A DNA stretch of 64,000 bases from positions 7,006,001 to 7,070,000 of the forward strand of contig OZ024764.1 in NCBI GenBank assembly GCA_964016885.1, given 5' to 3'. This document shows, in pieces, positions 16,091 through 30,448 of this stretch. The stretch is from Eledone cirrhosa (Eukaryota). Numbering within the stretch: the stretch's first letter is position 1; each line of letters opens with the position of its first letter. A model generated the notes under the pieces. It did no database searches and was not told where the DNA came from. It was given only the letters and a program-made list of their open reading frames with translations. The translations under genes were made by a program, and so were the position numbers.

Positions 16091-16325
16091 GCATGCTACT
16101 GTACGTCTGTATACATATATGTATGTACGTATACATACATACTTACATTTAAGTAAGTGCCATACTAAGAGTGAGAAATGAAATTTCGTTTTCATTTTTT
16201 TTCAACTATATATATATATATTTTGATTATTTATGCCCTTGAGAAGCCCAACTGGGCGAAACGTACGTAGGTGCTGTTTTAAATAAACATGTTTTAACGG
16301 TCTATTCTCCGATTTCTTACTTTCC

Positions 16326-16363
<38 letters not shown>

Positions 16364-19233
16364 CTAAGCCATGTGCCTCCATATATATATATATATATAT
16401 ATATGGAGGCACATGGCTTAGTGGTTAGAGCATTGGGCCTTGCAATAGAAAGGTTGTGAGTTCAATTCTCAGACCAAGTGATGTGTTGTTTCCTTGAGCA
16501 AGACACTTTATTTCACATTGCTCCAGTTTACTCAGCTGTAGAAATGAGATGATAGGGACTGGGGTCCCTATCGTTCCACTGCAAAGTGGTCGTGGATGTG
16601 CCACGGCAAAAAAGCACCCAGCACTCACTGTAAATGAGGTTGGTGTTAGGAAGGGCATCCAGCTGTAGAAATCAAGCCAAAGCCAGTTTCCGTCCCACCC
16701 TTGCAAGCAGGGAAAAGTGGACGTAAAATGAAATGATGAAATGATGATGATATATATATATATATATATAATTGTTTCTACTTTTGGCACAAGGCCAGCA
16801 ATTCACCAGTGCATTACTGGTACTTTATTTTATCGACCCCGTAAGGGTGAAAGGCAAAGTTAACCTCGGCGGGATTTGAACTCAGAATGGCAAGAGCCGT
16901 AACTCTATGCGTCAAAGCTTGGCGTCAGACCCTCTACCGATACTGCCAATCCACCGCCCTAATATATATATATAATACAAGGACGAGTGGTTACTCCTTC
17001 ATTACGTTTATTGGTTGGTGACGTGCGTTTCACTACTGATCTGTGTAAATCTAGCACAACTCTGGAATCCACGACTCGTCAGATCCCTTATAATGCTAAT
17101 CAAAGGAGAGATATATATACTTACCAACAAGCTAAAACTGGAAATATTCCAAGCAGCCATTAAGCCCATATTACTTTATGGATCCGAAACTTGGACACTA
17201 ACATCACAACTTGAGAGGAGATTGGATGGCACATATACCCGCCTCTTAATGAGAGTGCAAAACCTATCCTGGAAACGACATCCCACCTTGTCTAAAATCT
17301 ATGGCAAACTCCCTCGAGCCTCTGCCCTTCTAAAATCCCGGAGAGCTCAATTTGCTGGCCACTGTCACCGTGCCAGCTATGAAATCATATCCGCTCTCTT
17401 GCTCTGGAACCCTGATTCCAGCCTGACTAGGAGTAGGAAGCTGTCATTCCCTGATGTTATCTCTAGGGATACGGGAATCAACAGACAGGACCTGGGGGCA
17501 GCGATGGGGGACGGGGGATTCTGGGGCATGAGGGTGAGATCCATCATCTCGACAGTAGTCGACGAGTGATGATGATGATGATATATACTTTGTCACTCAA
17601 TATCACCTACCTGAGATAAACTACTGACGTGAAGTGCTTTGGATCACTAGGACCTGGTTATCATCAGGAAGTTACAATGTAACAACTTAGATAAACATTC
17701 GTCTGCAACTATATATATATATCATCATCATCATCGTTTAACGGCCATCTTCCACGCTAGCATCGGTTAGACGGTTTTGTTCCATTTGATGCGGGAATGG
17801 TTGAGAGACCGTGTCTCACTCGTTCGGAAGGCTTTTTACAGCTGGATGCCCTTCCTAACACCAACCACATTTACAGTGTGGACTGGGAGTCTTTTTACTG
17901 TGTCTCCTACATGACCACTTTACAGTGTGGACTGGGAGCCTTTTTACTGTGTCTCCTACACGACCACTTTACAGTGTGGACTGGGAGCCTTTTTACTGTG
18001 TCTCCTACATGACCACTTTACAGTGTGGACTGGGAGCCTTTTTACTGTCTCCTACATGACCACTTTACAGTGTGGACTGGGAGCCTTTTTACTGTGTCTC
18101 CTACATGACCACTTTACAGTGTGGACTGGGAGCCTTTTTACTGTGTCTCCTACACGACCACTTTACAGTGTGGACTGGGAGCCTTTTTACTGTGTCTCCT
18201 ACATGACCACTTTACAGTGTGGACTGGGAGCCTTTTTACTGTGTCTCCTACACGACCACTTTACAGTGTGGACTGGGAGCCTTTTTACTGTGTCTCCTAC
18301 ATGACCACTTTACAGTGTGGACTGGGAGCCTTTTTACTGTGTCTCCTACATGACCACTTTACAGTGTGGACTGGGAGCCTTTTTACTGTGTCTCCTACAC
18401 GACCACTTTACAGTGTGGACTGGGAGCCTTTTTACTGTGTCTCCTACACGACCACTTTACAGTGTGGACTGGTAGTCTTTTTACTGTGTCTGCTACATGA
18501 CCACTTTACAGTGTGGACTGGGAGCCTTTTTACTGTGTCTCCTACGTGACCACTTTACAATGTGGACTGGGAGCCTTTTTACTGTCTCCTACATGACCAC
18601 TTTACATTGTTTTGGCTTTACAAATACAAACGTTTACATATATATATATATATATATATGAAAACAGAGAGAAAGAGACGATTATTAGGAAGAAAAATAT
18701 TTTTTTTTCCTTTTTTGTTTCTCTCTCTCTTTTCTCTGGGTTAGAACATGATTAAAACGAAATGTTTTACTTTGTGTGAAGTGTTAAGGTATTAGTTGAT
18801 TTATTTATTATTTAACAATGGCATTTATTTATCTATTTATATATTTAATAATTGTCTATTACCGGTTTCAGCATTTTTATACATTTTTATGCACTTTCTC
18901 TTTCCTTTTTCTTTTCACTTCTTAAACCTTGTTTGTATATAACATTATTCTTTCTGCACCTTCTGTTTAACATGTGTGACACCAGACTAATACATTTCAC
19001 TATCATTTGATAATGCATAAAAATGCTGAAACCGGTAATAGACAATAATCAAATATATAAATAGATAAATAAATGCCATTGTTAAATAATAAATAAATCA
19101 ACTAATACCTTAACACTTCACACAAAGTAAAACATTTCGTTTTAATCATTTTCTAACCCAGAAAAAAGAGAGAGAGAAACAAAAAAGAAAAAAAAAACAT
19201 TTTTCTTCCTAATAATCGTCTCTTTCTCCCTGT

Positions 19234-19279
<46 letters not shown>

Positions 19280-22200
19280 TAACTCGTGTGCTTTCTCTCT
19301 ACATTTTATTATTATTATTATTATTATATATATATAGTAATAATTGTTTCTACTTTAGGCACAAGGCCAACAATTATCCAGTGCATTACTGGTACTTTAT
19401 TTTATCGACCCCGTAAGGATGAAAGGCAAAGTTAACCTCGTCGGGATTTGAACTCAGTCCGTAAAGGGACGTAACTATGCTGCAAAGCCTGGAGGGACTA
19501 GCACCAAACTTTGCCATTGGGAGCTGGACTAACCGTCGAACAGGACGTCACTGTGTGGTGCCAAAGGTCCCGTCTTCCACATCTAGAATAAGGAGCAGGT
19601 ATTGCAATAGCCTGGGATTCAAGGGCCCTCAACTCTTCAACAAGCTGCCGAGGGATCTGAGAGATTTGCATGACGTGGAGGTGGATGTCTTCAAGAAACA
19701 TCTCGACACCTTGTTATCCAGGATCCCGGATGAGCCCACAGCAAGACACGAGGGAAACCTAAGGGCAGCAGCAACAAACTCCCTCTTACACCAGTACCAT
19801 ATAGTAATAATAATAATAAATTAGAAGACTAAAATTCAAAGAGGGCTCGATAAGGATAAATATATATCAAATATATATCAAATATATATCAAATATATAT
19901 GTTAGTTTCAGAAGATCCCGTTAAGTGTGAAAGCAGCGATTCTTTGCTTAAACTTTAATCTGTTATTTTATTAAATATATATATCATCATCATCATCATC
20001 ATTTCATATTAAGTCCGCTTTTTCCCTGCTTGCAAGGGTGGGACGGGAACTGATTCTGGCTTGATTTCTACAGCTGGATGCCCTTCCTAACACCAACCTC
20101 ATTTACAGTGAGTGCTGGGTGCTTTTTTGCCGTGGCACCTCCACGACCACTTTGCAGTGGAATGATATGGACCCCAGTCCCTATCATCTCATTTCTACAG
20201 CTGAGTAAACTGGAGCAATGTGAAATAAAGTGTCTTGCTCAAGGAAACAACACATCACCCGGTCTGAGAAATGAACTCACAACCTTTCGATTGCAAGGTC
20301 AATGCTCTAACCACTAAGCCATGTGCCTCCATATATATAATCGTTTAACGTCCATTTTTTTACATTGTCTTTTGCTAACAGGGAAGATGATATCATAGGA
20401 AAAGTGACTCTGTCCAGGGATGCCATTGGGACTGGAAAGAAAGGTAAGCTGTATTTATGATCATCATCCTTACAACCATCATCATCAGCAGTATTATCAC
20501 TACCATCATTACTATCAACACTCTCTTCTCTCCCTATTGCTATGGAGATGTAACAAGCTATTTATCATCATCATCCAGCAGCCTCAGCCGAAATGGACTC
20601 AACAATTGATCTCCACGTGGGTCTGTCATTCATTGCCGTTGCCAAGTCCTGGATTTCAATACCAGAATCTCTGGAGATGACATCGGGATAGGAGAGTTTG
20701 TGGCCCCTGTTATTAGTGACTACTTGTGGTTTCTAGAGCACTAATGGGGACACAGCCTCAGAGGTGGCACGATGGCAGTGGTCAGCAAATTGGGATAGGA
20801 GAGTTTGTGGCCCCTGTTATTAGTGACTACTTGTCGTTTCTAGAGCACTAATGGGGACACAGCCTCAGAGGTGGCACGATGGCAGTGGCCAGCAAATTGG
20901 GATAGGAGAGCTTGTGGCCCCTGTTATTAGTGACTGTTTGTGGTTTCTATAGCACTAATGGGGACACAGCCTCAGAGGTGGCACGATGGCAGTGGCCAGC
21001 AAATTGGGATAGGAGAGCTTGTGTCCCCTGTTATTAGTGACTACTTGTGGTTTCTATAGCACTAATGGGGACACAGCCTCAGAGGTGGCACGATGGCAGT
21101 GGCCAGCAAATTGGGATAGGAGAGCTTGTGTCCCCTGTTATTAGTGACTACTTGTGGTTTCTATAGCACTAATGGGGACACAGCCTCAGAGGTGGCACGA
21201 TGGCAGTGGCCAGCAAATTGGGATAGGAGAGCTTGTGTCCCCTGTTATTAGTGACTACTTGTGGTTTCTATAGCACTAATGGGGACACAGCCTCAGAGGT
21301 GGCACGATGGCAGTGGCCAGCAAATTGGGATAGGAGAGCTTGTGTCCCCTGTTATTAGTGACTACTTGTGGTTTCTAGGGCACTAATGGGGACACAGCCT
21401 CAGAGGTGGCACGATGCCAGTGGCCAGCAAATCTTACTCTCCTTTTACGTACAACGACATATATAAATGGGAGGCCGGCATATATCTCTCCCAAAGTCAG
21501 ATGTCACCAGCTTATGTTCTGAATGTGCTGAAGCAGGCGAATGTAGGTGTCATCAAGGTAGTAGTAGTAGTAGTAGTAGTGTAGGTGACATCAAGGTAGT
21601 AGTAGTAGTGTAGGTGTCATCAAGGTAGTAGTAGTGTAGGTGCCATCAAGGTGGTAGTAGTAGTAGCAGTAGTGTAGGTGACATCAAGGTAGTAGTAGTA
21701 GTGTAGGTGCCATCAAGGTGGTAGTAGTAGTAGTAGTGTAGGTGCCATCAAGGTAGTAGTAGTAGTAGTGTAGGTGCCATCAAGGTGGTAGTAGTAGTAG
21801 TAGTGTAGGTGACATCAAGGTAGTAGTAGTAGTAGCAGTAGTGTAGGTGACATCAAGGTAGTAGTAGTAGTGTAGGTGCCATCAAGGTGGTAGTAGTAGT
21901 AGCAGTAGTGTAGGTGACATCAAGGTAGTAGTAGTAGCAGTAGTGTAGGTGCCATCAAGGTAGTAGTAGTAGTAGTAGCAGTAGTGTAGGTGCCATCAAG
22001 GTAGTAGTAGTAGTAGTAGCAGTAGTGTAGGTGCCATCAAGGTAGTAGTAGTAGTAGTAGCAGTAGTGTAGGTGCCATCAAGGTGCTTTTGTTGTTTGGA
22101 TGAAAGCGTCCATGTTTCACTTCCATATAGCAAGATTGGTTGAATTGTGACTTGGAAGAGTCTGATCTTGGTGTGGTTGGAAAGATTTGAGCACCAAACT

Positions 22201-23518
22201 CGATCCATCTTTTTGCAAGCTGACCTGATTGGGCCTTTCTGGTGGTGAAATCCTTCTCAGAGTCCATGATCCAGGACCTAAGATATAGCACAGCTCCCAT
22301 GACTTTCGTAGACATTTTTTCACGCTCAGAGTTGCTGAAGCATGGAACAAACTGCCTGCGTCAGTTGTTAGCTGCCAAGACACTGCATCCTTTAAGACAC
22401 TCATGCTTCCCGAAATACGCCAAAACTACACCAGATGTACCCCTTCCATACACATGCACACATGTGTGTATCATGACTTGTGCACTGTTCATTTTACTGA
22501 TGTTTGTGCATTGCCCTATGTACTGTACATGCACTTTTTTGATGAGTTGTGGTGCACCTGGGCACTGTACACAATATTTCATTATTGTTATTATTATTAT
22601 ATCATGACTCATACACTGTTCATTTTCCTGACATTTGTACATTATTCTATGTACTATACATGCACCTTTGATGAGTTGTAGTGCACCTGAGCACTGTACA
22701 CAATAATTTCATTATTATTATTATTATTATTATACTTAAAATCCTCGACTTGGTTGATATCACTGCCGTTGATTTCTTTGATGCTGTTGCCTGTACAGTT
22801 TGATATGTACCCTGTTTTATAATCCTGCTCTCAATTATCTCCCTTTTCTTCCTGTAGCTGTGGAGATGTGGTTACCACTGATTATCTCCCTTTTCTTCCT
22901 GTAGCTATGGAGATGTGGTTACCACTGATTATCTCCCTTTTCTTCCTGTAGCTATGGAGATGTGGTTGCCACTGACCAAGGTGAACAAAGATGCTGAAAT
23001 CCAGGGAGAAATTCTGATTGAAATCGAGAAGATCCGAGACGTTGGAAAACAGGAGAACACACTCAGGGTGGCGGTGTTGGAGGCGAGGTAATGTGGCGGG
23101 AAGGGTGTTATGGTACCTGGGGGTAACACTGGAACTCACACACACCCTTACACACACCCTTACACACACACACACACACACAGTAACATACACACAGTAA
23201 CACAGTAACCCCTCTACACACACACAGTAACCTCCCCCTATACACAGTAACCCCCACCTACACACACTACCCCCCCCCCCCCCCCCCCCACCACACACAC
23301 ACACACACAGTAACCCCTCCCCCTACACACAGTAATCCCTAATGTTGTATTCCTCCATTATTCCAGAGACTTGGCTCCAAAAGACATGTTTGGGAGTTCC
23401 GATCCATTTGTCACCGTTTCTTTCCTTGAGCAGAACAAAACCACTTCGGTAAGACATTATATATATCATAGAAATGTATGTATATATGTATATATATATA
23501 TGTATGTATGTATATATG

Positions 23519-23551
<33 letters not shown>

Positions 23552-25950
23552 GTATATATATACAGAGTGCGGACGATATTTGTTCGCAAGATTACTGTCT
23601 ATGAAAAAATAAGACAGTAGTTTTATTTTTTAAGATATATTTATCAAACTTGGGTCAGTTTGTCTTCATGACTTGTTCTTTCGATCTCACTCGATAAACC
23701 CGCCATTGGCTTTGATGAAGGCCTCAAGGCGGCCTTGGAACCGGCTACAGGCCTTCGTCACTGTCCCCCGACTTAGGCCCCTAAAGGCACTTGTGATCCT
23801 AGCCTTCAGATCGTCTTTCGTATGGAGCTAGATCTGTTGGCGTCTCGTTCCACTGCGCCCCACACAAAGAAGTTGTGGGGGTTGCAGTCAGGCTAGCTGG
23901 GAGGCCAGATGTCAGGTGAAGTGTGGTCGACGAAGTTCTCTGACAGCCAGGCTTGGGTCTTTCGGCTGGTATGGCAGGGCACTGAGTCTTACTGCCACAC
24001 GTAAGGCCTACCTGCAGCTACCTGGTCGATCCAGGGCTTTACTACCTCGTTCAGAACGCGGATGTAGCCATCAGTGTTCAGCTTGAGGCCCTCAGGGAAG
24101 AAGTGAGGTGGCATGACGTCACCTTGACTGCTGACGACACCTAAGACCAATGTTGTCGCTGGAAACTTTGTCTGCATCACTCTGGGCACGTCTTTGGATG
24201 AGATACCATTCCCCTGCTGACGTTGAGAAAGTCTGAAATTTCCATATTTGTCCCCTCCTGGCGCAGATTCCAAGAAGAACTCCTTGTCTCTTCCACAAAT
24301 TTGGAGGTTCAAAATTATTCATAATCAATTATTCTGAAAATAAATAATGGAAATATAGTCACTGTTTTTATGAAGACAAGAGTGACAACGGAAGTAAAAA
24401 AAATTTGCATAAAATTAGCAGTTGAAAATTGCGAACAAATATCGTCCACACCCTGTATATGTATGTATGTACGTACGTATGTATGTATGTATATATCTAT
24501 GTGTCTATGTCTATGTATGTACGGCACGGTTAAATCACTGGGAGTGAAGGACCCCTAGCCTTTGTCAGGGCCTTCTTCTAGGAGAAGACACCTCAGGAAA
24601 CTGGGATAATTCCGATATAAATTCTGCGGCTCAGTAGTTACAGATGATGTTGATCTTTTCTTCTTTTCAGGTTATAGCTACTGTCTCTCAGAGAGTGGGA
24701 TTGGCTCAGTGCACAGTCTTTCCTCACTTTCAAAAGTATCTTCATGCACAGGTATTGCACAATAGAATTAATTAATAATTATTAATAATGGTATATCGTG
24801 CAATGGCCATACTCAATAACGAGGAGGCAGCCATCATATATCTATGTAGCTTTTTTTTTGACCGGCCACCTTCCTGGTGGCAAGGTTGTAAAAGAAAAGA
24901 AATGTCATCCCTTGAATTGCAAGAATGTTTTGCAAACTTTGAAGGTGCCAGCTATCGCAGCCATTTGTAGACCGTGAATTAGGGAGCTGCGCTCTTTGTC
25001 CGCAAATTCAAGTTCAGCTATACATTGGTCCAAGCGGGTTGGTATATAACCCGTAGCTCCAATAATGATGGGTATGAAGCTAAAGGTATATCTTGGATAC
25101 TGGATTTGTAAACTCCTCATCAATGGCCCGTAGATATCCTCCTTCTCCTGTATTTTTCTGACAACGTTTACATCAAGTGGGCAGCTGATCTCCGCAACAG
25201 AACAGGCTGGTCCGCAACAATATCAGACTGGTTGTGCTTTAATTTGGTGGCAGTTTTTATTTTCAGGTTCCACCAGTATTCCTTAGTGCCATCTGTCTCA
25301 ATATGTATGTATGCATGAATGTATGTCACCAGTTGGTGCTACTGGTAACATGTATCCCAGTACAACCTGTCTCATGGTCGGGTCGTTGGCGACTAAACTG
25401 GCAACCCCACCAAGGTTTCTTGGTGAGGAGGGTGACTTTGGACATCCTGCAGGACTAAAAACAAAACCTGTCAAAGGGCAAAGGAGCTCTTAAGAGTCAA
25501 TGGCCATCCAAAATCACCGGGAGAGATGACCCCTTAGCCTTTGTCAAGGCAGTATTCTAGGAGAAGGAAAACTCTGATATAACACCTGCAACCCTGATGG
25601 TATCCAATGATGTTGACTTGTTCTTCTTTTTGGTAAATATCATCTTGGTTAAGAGAGTGGGACTGGCTTTGTGCAGTGCCTTTGCCCAGTATAAAAGCTT
25701 CATGGCACAGGCATTTCTTTATATCTGGAGATCTCTCTGCACTTGTCGTCACATGGTACCATGGGCCCAGCACTATGTATCAATAATTGTCACAAGTGTA
25801 GTGTTAGTACCAGAGTTTTCAAGTTGCTGGCTGGACTAAAAAGTCACACTCATTCAGCGCATCGGCAGGGGTTCTCCTACATGGATATAAAGTAGTGGCC
25901 ATACTCGAAAACGAGTTGGCAGCCACCATGTATGTATGTGAATATAATTT

Positions 25951-26038
<88 letters not shown>

Positions 26039-28470
26039 TTAGTTGTTATTAATTTTTTTTGTTTTCTCAATTTTTCTTTTTTCCTCTCCTCCCCACCACC
26101 ACCACCACTATACCATTACACCACCACTATACCACCACCATCTCTCATACCATCACACCACCTCTGTACTAGACCCAGAAGAAAACCAGGTTCCCCAGTT
26201 GGTACGAGACGTTTATGTTTAATATGCCATTATCCTGTCCCCCCAAGACAGTGATTGAAGTGAAACTGTGGGACTGGGATAGGGTGAGCAGTAATGACTT
26301 TCTAGGAGAGGTAAGTACTGGTTTATATATCTCTGATAGCTACTAACACCTGGGTAATTAGGGTTAGTACTTGGTGGGGGTTTTGGTTCTTCCTCTCTAT
26401 CTCTTTCTCATTTCCTTTCTCTCACTCTCTCTCATACACACACACTATCTCCCCTCACCTCCCCCTCGCTTTCTCTCTCTCTGGATGGAAGAAGTTCAGG
26501 GAGCTACTACCAGTGCTGGTTGCAAAAGGCCACAGGAAAGAAGCGCTACCAAACTCTGGGAGAGCTCTGTAGAAACAGTAGACAGCTTTTACTACCTGGG
26601 TGACCGAATTAGCAGCCAGCGGAAGTGGGTGTTCTGAAAGGACAGTAGCCAGGGTAAGAACGGGATGGAAGAAGTTCAGGGAGCTACTGTCACTGCTAGC
26701 TGCAAAAGGCTTTTCCCTCAAAATGAAGGGCAGACTGTATGATGCATGTATACGAACAGCAATGTTACATGGTAGTGAGACCTGGGCACTGTCTCTGGAA
26801 GACTTGTGTAGATTAGAAAGAAACGAAACCTGCATGCTCCGATGGATGTGTAATAGTAATATACGTGAATGGCAAAGTATAAATGAATTGAGAGAGAGAC
26901 TGAGCATAAGAGGAATCAAATGATGTGTGCAGGAGAGGAGGTTGTGTTCGTATGGACATGTGATGCGTATGAAGGATGACAGAAGCATAAAAAGGTGCAA
27001 AGCACTAGAAGTCAATGGAAATCGCGGAGTGGGGAGACCCAAGAAGACCTGGTAAAAGCCGACATTACCCAATTGCATCTCTCAGGGGTTACGCAGTTAT
27101 ACAGAAGACCAGACTTGGCACAGGCTGAAGCTGGAGCATATATATAGTATGCACCACCCCACCACACCCTTCCACATCTCCCATGAGGACAAGCTGAAGT
27201 ATACATCCAGTGAAGTCTCCAGCCCACACTGCATAATGACTGGGGTGGATCTCGTCAAATCGGACCGAGGAAACAATGTTTCCATTGGTCTTTCCAATTG
27301 CTAATACTATCTACTGGTCACAACTCCAGGTAGAAGGAGCAAAACCACACCTCACAATTGCGAATCCAATTCTCTAACCACTCAGTGAGTTCTAACTCAC
27401 TGAGTAAACCAGCCTAGCCTAACCTTAACAAACCTATGGTAACCTACCAAATGGTAACCAACCTATGGTAACCTACCCTATGGTAACCTACACTACAGTA
27501 ACCTACCCTACGGTAACCTAACCTATGGTAACCTACCCTATGGTAACCTACCCTATGGTAACCTATCCTATGGTAACCTACCCTATGGTAACCTGCCCTA
27601 TGGTAACCTACTCTACAGTAACCTACCCTATGATAACCTACACTACAGTAACCTATCCTATGGTAACCTACTATATGGTAACCTACCCTATGGTAACCTA
27701 CCCTACATTAACTTACCCTATGGTAACCTACTCTATGGTAACCTACCCTACGGTAACCTACCCTATGGTAACCTACCCTATGGTAACCTACTCTACGGTA
27801 ACCTACCCTACGGTAACCTATTCTATGGTAACCTAACCTATGGTAACCTACCCTATGGTAACCTACCCTATGGTAACCTACCCTATGGTAACCTACCCTA
27901 CAGTAACCTACCCTATGGTAACCTACCATACAGTATCCTACCCTACAGTAACCTACCCTATAGTAACCTACCCTACAGTAACCTACCCTATGGTAACCTA
28001 CCCTATGGTAACCTACCCTACAGTAACCTACCCTATGGTAACCTACCCTATGGTAACCTACCCTACAGTATCCTACCCTATGGTAACCTACCCTACAGTA
28101 TCCTACCCTATGGTAACCTACCCTACAGTAACCTACCCTACGGTAACCTACCCTATGGTAACCTACCCTATGGTAACCTACCCTACAGTATCCTACCCTA
28201 TGGTAACCTACCCTATAAGCAACAGCAAGACATTGATATTACTATAATCTCTAAGTTAAACTTAACAAATATGAGATTCAGTAGAAATAAATGTGGTGGG
28301 TTGCTAGAGTTATGGTAAGTGGTGTACAACAAGTGTTAGGCAGGCAGTTTCACTGTTTACCCCTCAGTGGTAAAGGTTAACATACTATATTTGGTGGACA
28401 AGTTGACCCCAGGTTTTGGAGAGATATTTGTGGGCTCCAAAAGTTGACTTGTACACTGGCATATACGGTG

Positions 28471-28543
<73 letters not shown>

Positions 28544-28684
28544 TTGCTCACTGGCATAAACGGTGTATATATATATATATATATAATGTAGAAGGTGAGT
28601 AATATTGTAGAACAATAAAACTATGCATATATCCGATAAGTAGCACTCAACAGTTGGTAGAACTGGAGTATATATTTAATTTCT

Positions 28685-28737
<53 letters not shown>

Positions 28738-30399
28738 TTAGAGCAAACATCACGGGCGCTCTATCTCAAAATTATTTTTTTGAAAAGCATAAGAAATGCG
28801 CAACCGGTAAAAACTTAAAACCAAAACTGAATACTAACCAATACTAGTAATTATTTTTACTTATTCCTAATTAAACTATTTTTCACTGGGAACAATTTGT
28901 CAGCATTTTCTTTTCCTTTTACCAATATATATATATGTATATATATAGACTTGTTCACTGGCATATACAGTGTATATATATATATATATATACATGATCG
29001 TAAAACGATTGTAAAATGATGAACTTTTTAATCGTAAAATGATGAATTTTTTAATATAAGGAACTTGTTCATTGTTTTTATTTCATCTTTCTGATGAGCG
29101 ACCTAGATGAATATTAATATTGTCTGGGATCCAGAAACCTTTGGTAATGAGTATTTATATTTTGTGTTGTTTCACTTTCTAATTAAATAGCTCTGTTCTA
29201 TACATAGAGCACTCTTTGTTCCTTGGCTTTTTCTTCAGAAATACTTAACACACACATATATTTAATGTTATTATTTATCTATTTCCATATAACTGTCTGT
29301 CCATTCGTCTGTCTTGTCCTGGCTGTGGAAAGGTAAACATCAACTTCAGGAATATACCAGATGGTTGCAAGGTGAAGAAGTGGTACAGACTCATGCCCCG
29401 ACCTCCACATCTGGAAAACAGAAGCGCTGGGTACGTTCTCACTTTTACCTCTCTCTCTCTCCTTCTATGTATACATATACATATATATATATATATATAT
29501 TATTTCCTACTGTTCCGAGGCCATAGTATCTAGAATAAGGACGGGTTGGAAGAAGTTTAGGGCTCTGCTGACGAAGAAGGGTTTCTCCCTGCGTACGAAA
29601 GGCCGGTTATATGATGCCTGTGTGAGGAGTGCGATGCTGCATGGTAGTGAGACATGGGCAGCAACTGCAGAGGATATGCGACGGCTGGAGAGAAATGAAG
29701 CAAGTGTAAATGTGTGTGAACGACCCAGCATAAATGTGTTGAGAGAGAAACTGTGTCTGAGAGGGATAGAATGTAGTGTGCGAGAGAGGAGACTGCGGTG
29801 GTATGGGCATGTGATGCGCATGGAGGATGACTGATGGGTGAAGAAGTGCCAGGAAATGCCAGTTGAAGGAAGACGTGGTAGAGGAAGACCACGAAAAACA
29901 TGGGTGGAGGTGGTGAGAACAGACCTTAGATCGCTGAAGCTCACGGTGGAGATGACGAAGGACCGTGACAAGTGGAGAGATGCTGTGCTGAATAGGACCC
30001 GTCCCACCCTTGCAAGCAGGGAAAAGTGGATGTAAAATGATGATGATGATGAAAAGATAACAAGCATGTTTACTCTGTATCGAGGATAGTTTAATGTTCG
30101 GCGTTGTTTGACTGGACAAGAAGTTTCCTTAGCTGGGTGGCCGGTTTAAGAAAGTTCCTAGGTAGGCAGTTCTTGGAGTAATAATAGTAAAAGAATAAAG
30201 AATAACATGGTTGGCTGTACAATAGGGTTTATTTACAGTATTTACAATTGTTTCATTAGTCCAGTGTGTCTAAAAGTCACTGATTGTTAGAAGTTACATC
30301 ACTTGACCTTAATTACTAAATCATCAGAATACTGATCTGTGTACATGATACGGTGCACTGGTATTTATAGATACATGGGAGAATAACATAAATGAAAAC

Positions 30400-30448
<49 letters not shown>

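Larger units (their letters stand above)
20563..22280 (-). mobile_element. RTE/RTE-X-like LINE 3' portion carrying two internal tandem expansions
   Basis: [17 protein letters not shown] and [19 protein letters not shown] on the minus strand; homologous to 17120-17580. Confidence 0.82.

Noticed and set aside
21541-22083. CRISPR-like repeat-spacer pattern
   Set aside because: The spacers are just (GTA)n of variable length, the repeat derives from LINE codons, and there are no cas genes in a eukaryotic context.
27432-28215. Interstitial telomere or MVTYP-repeat protein
   Set aside because: The 15-bp unit only loosely resembles TTAGGG, and the ORFs are repeat translations.
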